Shown here: positions 36,861 to 44,447 of the stretch, one piece after another
Numbering within the stretch: the stretch's first letter is position 1
Layout: the number at the start of each line of letters is the position of its first letter
Assembly (NCBI GenBank): GCA_039030075.1
Contig: JBCCEW010000009.1
Span: forward strand, 43,204-107,203
Source of the DNA: Myxococcota bacterium
GTDB lineage: Bacteria; Myxococcota_A; UBA9160; SMWR01
Length of the DNA stretch: 64,000 nucleotides
Direction of reading: 5' to 3'
Position numbers and translations under genes: made by a program
Notes under the pieces: model-generated
The model's database searches: none
What the model saw: the letters and a program-made list of their open reading frames with translations, nothing else
What the model was told of the DNA's origin: nothing

Positions 36861-39800
36861 CTAGCGGGCGCTGGGCCGCTCGAGTCGCTGGCGCTCGGCG
36901 GCCGCCGCGCGTTGGGCGGGCAGCATGCCGAGCTCCCCGGCGAGCGCCTCGGTGTCGCGCAGGGTCGCCGCGGCGCCGCGCGCATCTCCCGCGCGCGCCC
37001 GCAGCGGGGCTGCTTCGAGCTGGGCCCACACCTCGAAGGGCCGGGCACCCACGGCGGCGCTGTCCTCGAGCGCTTCTTCGTAGGACGCGAGGGCGTCGTC
37101 CACGTAGCCGAGCAGGGCCTGGAGCGCCGCGCGGCAGCGGGAGAGCGGGCCGCCGTAGCTGAGCACCATCGGGAGCAGACCGTGTTGCCCGGGTGCGGAC
37201 TCGAGCAGGGGCAAGAGGTGCTGCGCGTGCGGAACCGACCCGAGCTCTGCAGCGAGCATCGAGGACTCGGCCATGGTCGCGTTCCAGCGAATGCCGCGGT
37301 CGATCTCGAGGAAGCGCGACTGCCCGAGGCGATCGAGCAGCGCGACGGCTCGCGCGTTGTTCCCCGACGCCCCGGCCGCACGCCCCACCACCGCAATGCT
37401 CCAGTGGGTGGCGCCGAGCCGCGCGTCGTCGAGCGTGTGGCCGAGGTTCTCGACGACGACGTGGTAGTCGCCCCGCTCGCGCGCGAGCACACAGAGCTGT
37501 CCGCGGTAGCTCGCCTTCGCGAACGGGTGGCCGAGTCGCTGGCCGAGGGTGAGCGCTTCCGAGGCGAGTCGTTCGGCGCGTTCGAGGGCGCCCTCGAGGA
37601 GCGCCATGCCGGCATCCCAGACGCGCAGATGCCAGGTGGAAGTCGGGGAGGGCTGGGGTCCCGCGAGCGCTTCGGCTTCGGCGCGGCGCTCGAGTGCGGT
37701 CGCACGCTGGCCTTGCATCAGGTCGTCGCAGGCGACATCGAGCACCGCGATCACCCCCGTGTCCGGGTTGCGCGCGTCCCGGGCGGCCACCGCCAGGTCA
37801 CCGATCAGCCGCCCGCGTTCGGCCAGATCGTCGGGGCCGGAGATGATGTAGTGGAGCACGTACAGGCACTCTTGCAGGGCCTCGGCGTCCGCCGACTCGC
37901 GGGCGATCGCAACGGCTTCGCGGCCGAGGGGCTCGGCGCGCGGGCGGTCGCGTACCGAGAGGTAGGCGAGGCGTCCCGTGAGACGCGCGCGAGCCGCGAG
38001 GTCGCTCGGATCGACGCGAGCGAGGGCGTCGCGCAGCGCGGCTTCGGCGCTCTCGGGCACGCGGGAAGACCACTCGGACACATCGCAGAGTCCGATCGCC
38101 GCCTTGGTGAGCAGCGCCGGGTCGTCGATCGCGCGCGAGACCCGCAGGGCCTCGTCGTAGGCCTCGATGCGCTGCTCCCGGTTGCCCGAGAGACGCTGGG
38201 CCGCGCCGAGAGCGAGCAGGGCCGTGATCCGACCGCGCGGGTTCGCCACCTCGAAGTGGTCGAGGCTGCGGACGGCCTGTTCGTAGTGCGTGGCGGCCTG
38301 CTCCCAGGCGAGGAGTCGCTCGGCCTGGAGAGCCGCGCGGAGCGCGACGTCGTGCGCGCGTTCCGGATCACCCACGGCGATGCCGTGGTGATGGTGGTGG
38401 GCGAGCTCGGAAAGCACGGGCTCGAGCGCCTCGGCGTGCTGCTGCTCGAGCCGGTCTGCGGCGGCGCGGTGCATCCGCGCGCGTTGGCTCGGGGAGAGCT
38501 CGCTGTAGAGCGATTCCTGGAACAGGGCGTGAGCGAAGCGATAGCTGGCCGCGCTCTCCGGTGCGGTCTGCAGGATCCCGGCGGCGACTGCTTCGTCGAG
38601 ATGCTCGAGGGCTTCGAGGCGATCCGTCGACCCGGCGACGGCCACCACCGCGCCCAACGGGAACTCGCGTCCCAGCACGGCACCTGCGCCCAGCAGCGCG
38701 CGGCACTCCGCGGAGACGGCGTCGATGCTGCGTCGAATCAAGTCGACTGCGCGCGGTGGCAGGGCGATTCCGCGTCGCAGCAGACGTTCGGGGCGGGCGA
38801 GATCGCCGCGTTCGCTGAGCAGCCGAATCGCTTCCCCCACGAAGAGCGGAAGCCCCTCGGTGCGTCCGTACAGCTCGGAGACGACATCCACGGCCACCGG
38901 TCCGCCTGCCGCGTGGGCGAGCATCGCCCCCACCTCGGCGCGGGAGAGTCCGTCGAGCGCGATCTCGCGTGCGCGGGGGTGCCGCCGCAACGAGGCGACG
39001 GCGCGGTTCGTCGGGTGATCGCGGTCGCGGGGCTCGTCGCGCACGGTCGCGAGTACGAAGAGGGGAACCTGGTCCAACTCGACGGAAAGGTGTTCGAGCA
39101 GGCGCAGAGAAGCCTGACCCGCCCATTGGAGGTCTTCGAGCACGATCAGGATCGGTCTGCGTTTCGCGCAGGCGCGCAGCGCGCGTTGGGCCGCGTCGAA
39201 GAAACGAAAGCGCTGCCGTTCGTCCAGGGCGCTGGCCACGTCCTGCTGCGCCGGCGGGAGTCGCGCGGCCAGTTCGGGAGCGAACTCGTGCAGGACCGGC
39301 AGGAGCGCCTCGAGTTCCCCCGAGCGAGCGCGGGCCTCGAACTCGGCCGCCAGGTCGGTGTCTTCGATGAGGCCGCGCAACACCTGGGCCCACAGCCAGA
39401 ACGCCGGCGTGCTGCCGCGATCGCGGCAGCGCCCGAGCACGACGTGAAAGCCGGATCGGCGCGCTTCGTCCCCGAACACCTCGGTGAGCCGAGTCTTGCC
39501 GACGCCGGCCCGACCCGTCAGCAGCACGATGCGGGTTTCCCCTTGGAGAGTGGCGTCGCGGCTCGCCCGGAGTTCGGCTAGCGGGGTCTCGCGGCCCACG
39601 AAGTCGTCGGGCGGGGCGGCACCAGCCGTCGGCGTGGCAGCGCGCGCCTCCTGGCTCGTCTCTTCGTCGTCGACCTCGGCCGCCTCGGCCACGAAGCGGT
39701 AGCCGCGCCGGGCGAAGCTCTTCAGGCTCTGTCCCCTACCGGTGTCGCCGATGGCGCGGCGCGCCTGACTCACCGCACGGTTCAAGGAGCCCGGCGAGAC

Positions 39801-39977
39801 GATCGTGTCGGGCCAGAGACGCTCCATCAGTTCGTCGAGCGGGACGACCCGGGAACGCTCCCGGACCAGCAGGGTCAGCAGCTCGAGCGGTTTGGGCTGG
39901 ATCGAAACGGGTTCGCCGGCGCGCCGTAGCTCGCCCGCCGTCTCGTCCAGCTCGTAGACGCCAAACCGGAAACGCAT
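36861..39977 (-). CDS. Large transcriptional regulator: OmpR/PhoB-type winged-helix DNA-binding domain + AAA/STAND-type ATPase + TPR-like repeats
   Basis: ATG 39977. 'FRFGVYELDETAGELRRAGEPVSIQPKPLELLTLLV...RRGYRF' (trans_reg_C), Walker A 'LLTGRAGVGKTRL', Walker B 'ILIVLEDLQWA' and a long helical-repeat C-terminus. Confidence 0.85.
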   Translation of the reverse strand: MRFRFGVYELDETAGELRRAGEPVSIQPKPLELLTLLVRERSRVVPLDELMERLWPDTIVSPGSLNRAVSQARRAIGDTGRGQSLKSFARRGYRFVAEAAEVDDEETSQEARAATPTAGAAPPDDFVGRETPLAELRASRDATLQGETRIVLLTGRAGVGKTRLTEVFGDEARRSGFHVVLGRCRDRGSTPAFWLWAQVLRGLIEDTDLAAEFEARARSGELEALLPVLHEFAPELAARLPPAQQDVASALDERQRFRFFDAAQRALRACAKRRPILIVLEDLQWAGQASLRLLEHLSVELDQVPLFVLATVRDEPRDRDHPTNRAVASLRRHPRAREIALDGLSRAEVGAMLAHAAGGPVAVDVVSELYGRTEGLPLFVGEAIRLLSERGDLARPERLLRRGIALPPRAVDLIRRSIDAVSAECRALLGAGAVLGREFPLGAVVAVAGSTDRLEALEHLDEAVAAGILQTAPESAASYRFAHALFQESLYSELSPSQRARMHRAAADRLEQQHAEALEPVLSELAHHHHHGIAVGDPERAHDVALRAALQAERLLAWEQAATHYEQAVRSLDHFEVANPRGRITALLALGAAQRLSGNREQRIEAYDEALRVSRAIDDPALLTKAAIGLCDVSEWSSRVPESAEAALRDALARVDPSDLAARARLTGRLAYLSVRDRPRAEPLGREAVAIARESADAEALQECLYVLHYIISGPDDLAERGRLIGDLAVAARDARNPDTGVIAVLDVACDDLMQGQRATALERRAEAEALAGPQPSPTSTWHLRVWDAGMALLEGALERAERLASEALTLGQRLGHPFAKASYRGQLCVLARERGDYHVVVENLGHTLDDARLGATHWSIAVVGRAAGASGNNARAVALLDRLGQSRFLEIDRGIRWNATMAESSMLAAELGSVPHAQHLLPLLESAPGQHGLLPMVLSYGGPLSRCRAALQALLGYVDDALASYEEALEDSAAVGARPFEVWAQLEAAPLRARAGDARGAAATLRDTEALAGELGMLPAQRAAAAERQRLERPSAR

Positions 39978-40113
39978 GCCCACCGCTCTCGTCCGTCCGG
40001 GTCGCCGGCGCCTGCAGGGATCCCGAAACCTCGACCGCGACCCAGGATAGCGCCGGAGGGCTTGCTCCAAGGGGTCGTTTTTGATCGGTTTTTCGAGGGT
40101 TGGCCGAGATCAG

Positions 40114-40134
40114 GAATCGGTCATGAATCGGTCA
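40114..40134. promoter_or_regulatory. Tandem direct repeat GAATCGGTCA-T-GAATCGGTCA (11-bp period); candidate winged-helix regulator binding site
   Basis: Read directly. Lies 69-89 nt upstream of the MddA-like ATG, in the divergent region shared with the wHTH-AAA-TPR regulator. A third partial copy (GATCGGT) lies at 40083-40089, 32 bp away. Confidence 0.45.
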
Positions 40135-40202
40135 AGTGCGCGGCGCGGACCTCCCCGATGTTCAGGCTCGCCATTTCGGCACACCGCATCGGAGGACACA
40201 CC

Positions 40203-40964
40203 ATGAAGCGATTCGCCGTTCTGCTCTACGGCACCACGAGCTACGCCATCTTCTTCGCCACCTTCCTGTACGCGATCGGGTTCCTGGCGAACGCGGTCGT
40301 TCCGAAGACGATCGACTCGGGCGCACCCGGATCCGTCCTCGGAGCCCTCGCCGTGAACTTCGCGCTGCTCGGCGTCTTCGCTCTGCAGCACAGCGTGATG
40401 GCGCGCATCGACTTCAAGCGCTGGTGGACCCGCTACGTGCCCCAGCCCGTCGAGCGTTCGACCTACGTGCTGGCTTCTTCCCTGGCAATGATCCTGCTCT
40501 TCGCCGCCTGGCAGCCGCTCCCCGGCGTGATCTTCAGCGTGGAGCATCCGATCGCGCGCGATCTGATCACGGGTCTGTTCTGCACCGGCGTGCTGCTGGT
40601 TCTGTACTCGACCTTCCTGATCGACCACTTCGATCTGTTCGGGTTGCGCCAGTCCTGGCTCTACTTCCGCGGCACCGAGTACAGCGACAAGAACTTCGTG
40701 ACGCCTTCGCTCTACAAGTACGTGCGGCACCCGCTCTACGTGGGCTGGTTCATCACCTTCTGGGCGACTCCGGACATGACCTGGGGGCACCTCCTGATGG
40801 CGATCGGCACGACGTCGTACATCCTCGTCGCGATCGTCTTCGAGGAGCGTGACCTGCTGCGCCAGCTGGGCTCGGACTACCGACAATGGCGGGAGACGAC
40901 GCCGATGTTCTTCCCGTCGCTGCGTGGCAAGCGTTCGCAGCCCGAGCGCGAAGTCGCGGCCTGA
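40203..40964 (+). CDS. mddA: MddA-like methanethiol S-methyltransferase family protein (ICMT/PEMT-type membrane methyltransferase)
   Basis: GGAGGA SD before ATG 40203. 'YGTTSYAIFFATFLYAIGFLANAVVPKTIDSG', 'FALQHSVMAR', 'HFDLFGLRQ', 'LYKYVRHPLYVGW' and 'FEERDL' match my recollection of MddA-type proteins. Not searched. Confidence 0.6.
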   Translation: MKRFAVLLYGTTSYAIFFATFLYAIGFLANAVVPKTIDSGAPGSVLGALAVNFALLGVFALQHSVMARIDFKRWWTRYVPQPVERSTYVLASSLAMILLFAAWQPLPGVIFSVEHPIARDLITGLFCTGVLLVLYSTFLIDHFDLFGLRQSWLYFRGTEYSDKNFVTPSLYKYVRHPLYVGWFITFWATPDMTWGHLLMAIGTTSYILVAIVFEERDLLRQLGSDYRQWRETTPMFFPSLRGKRSQPEREVAA

Positions 40965-41033
40965 CGGAACGCGAGTTCGCAGCCCGACGCCCGAATCGAC
41001 CCCATCACGACACCCGATTCCCAGGAGAACCCG

Positions 41034-42113
41034 ATGGAACCCCGAGAAGAAGCCACCTTGAACGCAGCGCGTGCCGAAGCCTTCGGGCAGCGCGTCCTCG
41101 ACGACCTCAACAGCAGTGCCGTCGTCCTGATGATGTCGATCGGCCACCGCACCGGACTCTTCGACGTCATGTCGCGGATGACCGCCGCGACGAGCGCCGA
41201 GATCGCTCGGGCGGCCGGGCTGAGCGAGCGCTACGTCCGCGAGTGGCTCGGCGCGATGGTGACCGGCGAAGTCGTCGAATACGAGGCGGCCAGCGACCGC
41301 TACTTCCTGCCTCCCGAGCACGCGGCGTCGCTCACCCGCGAGGCGCGTCCGGGGAACATGGCGGTGACCTGCCAGTGGATTCCCCTGCTCGGGTCCGTCG
41401 AGGACGAGATCGTCGAGGTGTTCCAGCGCGGTGGTGGCGTTCCTTACGGCTCCTTCGAGCGTTTCCACGCGGTGATGGCCGAGGAGAGTGATCAGACGGT
41501 CGTGGCCGTGCTGACCGACGCGATCCTGCCCCTGGTTCCGGGCCTCGTCGAGGCGCTCGACTCGGGGATCGACGTGCTCGACGTCGGCTGCGGGAGCGGC
41601 CGCGCGTTGAACCACCTGGCCTCCACCTTCCCGAAGAGCCGCTTCCGCGGCTACGACTTCTCGGAAGAGGGCGTTGCGATCGCGAATCAGGCGGCGAAGG
41701 AACAGGGTCTCGACAACATCTCCTTCCACCGCCAGGACGCCGCCGCCCTCGAAGACGAGGAGCGCTTCGACCTGATCACCGCCTTCGATGCGATCCACGA
41801 CCAGGCCCGTCCCGACCGCGTCCTGGCCGGAATCGCCCGAGCGCTGCGGCCGGAGGGCGTGTTCCTGATGCAGGACATCGCCGGTTCGAGTCGCGTCGAT
41901 CAGGACGTGGACCACCCCGCGGCGCCGCTCCTCTACACGATCTCGTGCATGCACTGCATGACCGTGTCCCTGGCGAACGACGGGATGGGGCTGGGCGCCA
42001 TGTGGGGTGCCGAGACGGCGGTCCGGATGCTGAACGAAGCGGGGTTCCGCGAGGTCGACGTGCGAAACCTGCCCCACGACGTGATGAACTACTACTACAC
42101 CGCTCGCAAGTAG
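41034..42113 (+). CDS. Class I SAM-dependent methyltransferase with N-terminal winged-helix-like domain
   Basis: AGGAGA SD. SAM motif I 'VLDVGCGSGRALNHL'. Post-I acidic 'GYDFS'. 'FDLITAFDAIHD'. Confidence 0.85.
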   Translation: MEPREEATLNAARAEAFGQRVLDDLNSSAVVLMMSIGHRTGLFDVMSRMTAATSAEIARAAGLSERYVREWLGAMVTGEVVEYEAASDRYFLPPEHAASLTREARPGNMAVTCQWIPLLGSVEDEIVEVFQRGGGVPYGSFERFHAVMAEESDQTVVAVLTDAILPLVPGLVEALDSGIDVLDVGCGSGRALNHLASTFPKSRFRGYDFSEEGVAIANQAAKEQGLDNISFHRQDAAALEDEERFDLITAFDAIHDQARPDRVLAGIARALRPEGVFLMQDIAGSSRVDQDVDHPAAPLLYTISCMHCMTVSLANDGMGLGAMWGAETAVRMLNEAGFREVDVRNLPHDVMNYYYTARK

Positions 42114-42255
42114 CCCCAGACGAACGAAGCTCCGTTAGAATGCGCCGGTCCACACGACGTGGGCCGGCGCGTTCGCGTTTCTGGCAGTGTGTGCCCGGTT
42201 TCGTCGATCGTCGTCGTGTGGTCCTTCGATCGGTGTTCTTCACGTGGGAGGTCCA

Positions 42256-42504
42256 GTGAGTCAGCGAACCTACTGGCAAGACAATCTGCGCCTGGTGGCG
42301 GTATGCCTCGTCATCTGGTTCGCGGTGTCCTTCGGCTGCGGTGTGCTCTGGCTCGACGCCCTCAACCGCATCGAGATCGGTGGCTTCCGTCTCGGCTTCT
42401 GGTTCGCCCAGCAGGGCAGCATCTACGTCTTCGTCGCCCTGATCTTCTTCTACGCCCGACGCATGACGGCGATCGACGCCGCCCACGGAGTGAGCGAAGA
42501 CTGA
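42256..42504 (+). CDS. DUF4212-type small membrane subunit of a sodium:solute symporter
   Basis: GTG 42256 with GGGAGG SD. 'YWQDNLRLVAVCLVIWFAVSFGCG' and 'GFRLGFWFAQQGSIYVF'. The stop abuts the next start (TGAATG). Confidence 0.75.
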   Translation: MSQRTYWQDNLRLVAVCLVIWFAVSFGCGVLWLDALNRIEIGGFRLGFWFAQQGSIYVFVALIFFYARRMTAIDAAHGVSED

Positions 42505-44247
42505 ATGGACCTCCAGACCCTCACCTACCTGGTGGTCGGGGCGACCTTCGTGCTCTACGTCGGGATCGCCTTCGCATCGAAAGCGTCGAGCACGGGCGAG
42601 TTCTACGTCGCCGGAAAGCACGTCCACCCGGTCGCGAATGGGATGGCGACGGCTGCCGATTGGATGTCGGCCGCCTCCTTCATCTCGATGGCGGGTTTGA
42701 TCGCCTTCCTCGGGTACGACGGATCCGTCTACCTGATGGGCTGGACCGGCGGCTACGTCCTGTTGGCCCTGCTGCTCGCTCCCTACCTGCGCAAGTTCGG
42801 AAAGTTCACCGTCCCCGAGTTCATCGGCGACCGCTACGTGTCCCAGGCGGCCCGCGTCGTGGCGGTCGTGTGCCTGATCCTCATCTCCTTCACCTACGTG
42901 GCCGGCCAGATGCGCGGTGTCGGGATCGTGTTCTCGCGCTTCCTGAGCGTCGACATCACCACCGGTCTCGTGATCGGGATGGCGATCGTCTTCTTCTATG
43001 CCGTGCTCGGCGGGATGAAGGGCATCACCTACACGCAGGTCGCTCAGTACTGCGTCTTGATCTTCGCCTACACGGTTCCGGCGGTGTTCATCTCGCTCCA
43101 GGTGACCGGTGTGGCGCTTCCCCAGCTCGCGATGGGGAGCGAACTCAGCGATGGCAGCGGTTCTCTGCTCGCCAGGCTCGACCAGATCGTCACCGAGCTC
43201 GGCTTCGCGGCCTATACCTCGGGTACGAAGAGTCGCGTCGACGTCTTCTTCATCACGCTGGCGTTGATGATCGGCACGGCCGGTCTGCCCCACGTGATCG
43301 TGCGCTTCTTCACCGTGCCGCGGGTGCGCGACGCACGGTCTTCGGCCGGCTACGCGCTGCTCTTCATCGCCATCCTGTATACGACCGCGCCGGCGGTGGG
43401 CGCCCTGGCCCGGATGAACCTGACCCAGACGATCCAGACCGGGCCGGTGGGCGTCGCCGAGAGCAATCTGCCCTACGGCGAGCGGCCCGACTGGTTCAAG
43501 ACCTGGGAGACGACGGGCCTTCTGCGCTTCGAGGACAAGAACGGGGACGGTCGCATCCAGTACTACGACGACGCGAACCCCGCGTTCGCCCCGCGCGCCG
43601 CAAGCTTCGGCTGGCGTGGCAACGAACTCGAGGTGGACCGGGACATCATGGTCCTGGCGACGCCCGAGATCGCCGGATTGCCGGACTGGGTGATCGCGCT
43701 GGTGGCGGCGGGCGGGATCGCCGCCGCGCTGTCGACCGCGGCGGGCCTGTTGCTCGTGATCTCGGCGGCGATCTCCCACGATCTACTGAAGGGCGTCTTC
43801 GCGCGCTCGATCAGCGAACGCCAGGAACTCATGGCCGGGCGGGCCAGCGCGGCCGTGGCGGTGCTGCTCGCGGGATACCTCGGCTACGACCCACCCGGAT
43901 TCGTCGCCCAGGTGGTGGCACTCGCGTTCGGGCTCGCCGCGGCTTCGCTGTTCCCGGCCATCCTGCTCGGGATCTTCAGCATGCGCGTCAACAAGTACGG
44001 CGCGATCGCGGGCATGGTCACCGGGTTGTTGTTCACCATCGGCTACATCATCGCCTTCAAGGGCGTCGTGATGGAACCCTGGCTCCCGAACACCGCCGAG
44101 CACTGGTGGTTCGGCATTTCGCCCGAGGGCATCGGCGCACTTGCAGCGGGTTTGAACGTCGCGGTGGCGCTCGTGGTCAGCCACCTCACCCCGGCACCGC
44201 CCGACGAAGTGCGCGCATTGGTCGAACGGATTCGCACGCCTGCGTGA
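42505..44247 (+). CDS. Sodium:solute symporter family permease (ActP/VC_2705-like)
   Basis: 'GEFYVAGKHVHPVANGMATAADWMSAASFISMAG' and 'GGMKGITYTQVAQY' in a 13-14 TM protein. The pairing with DUF4212 is typical. Confidence 0.9.
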   Translation: MDLQTLTYLVVGATFVLYVGIAFASKASSTGEFYVAGKHVHPVANGMATAADWMSAASFISMAGLIAFLGYDGSVYLMGWTGGYVLLALLLAPYLRKFGKFTVPEFIGDRYVSQAARVVAVVCLILISFTYVAGQMRGVGIVFSRFLSVDITTGLVIGMAIVFFYAVLGGMKGITYTQVAQYCVLIFAYTVPAVFISLQVTGVALPQLAMGSELSDGSGSLLARLDQIVTELGFAAYTSGTKSRVDVFFITLALMIGTAGLPHVIVRFFTVPRVRDARSSAGYALLFIAILYTTAPAVGALARMNLTQTIQTGPVGVAESNLPYGERPDWFKTWETTGLLRFEDKNGDGRIQYYDDANPAFAPRAASFGWRGNELEVDRDIMVLATPEIAGLPDWVIALVAAGGIAAALSTAAGLLLVISAAISHDLLKGVFARSISERQELMAGRASAAVAVLLAGYLGYDPPGFVAQVVALAFGLAAASLFPAILLGIFSMRVNKYGAIAGMVTGLLFTIGYIIAFKGVVMEPWLPNTAEHWWFGISPEGIGALAAGLNVAVALVVSHLTPAPPDEVRALVERIRTPA

Positions 44248-44447
44248 CCCGCAGTCGTGGGGCATGCCCCCGCAAGCGACGTTGACGGTGCGTCGACGAT
44301 TCGGAACGCTCCGCGCCCCTGTCCACAGTATGCTGTCAAGGGGATGAAGGGCCTGTCTGCTGGGCCCGGGTCTGAGGAACGCGCGCGGGGGCCTGCCGAC
44401 GCGGCTTTGTCGGCTTCGGAGAGTCTCCGGGACGGGAGCGCTTCGCA

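Noticed and set aside
40158-40202. Upstream in-frame ATG (40158) as the start of the MddA-like gene
   Set aside because: It has no SD, whereas ATG 40203 is preceded by GGAGGA at optimal spacing, and the protein from 40203 begins directly with the first TM helix.
42182-42194. Sigma-54-like TGGCA...TGC element upstream of the DUF4212/symporter operon
   Set aside because: The GG-to-GC spacing is two nucleotides shorter than the -24/-12 consensus (TGGCAC-N5-TTGC), and there is no TTGC.
40110-43779. Long minus-strand ORFs 40110..42077 and 41776..43779
   Set aside because: They run antisense to the MddA-like, methyltransferase, DUF4212 and symporter genes and have an Arg/Gly/Asp/His-rich composition without motifs.
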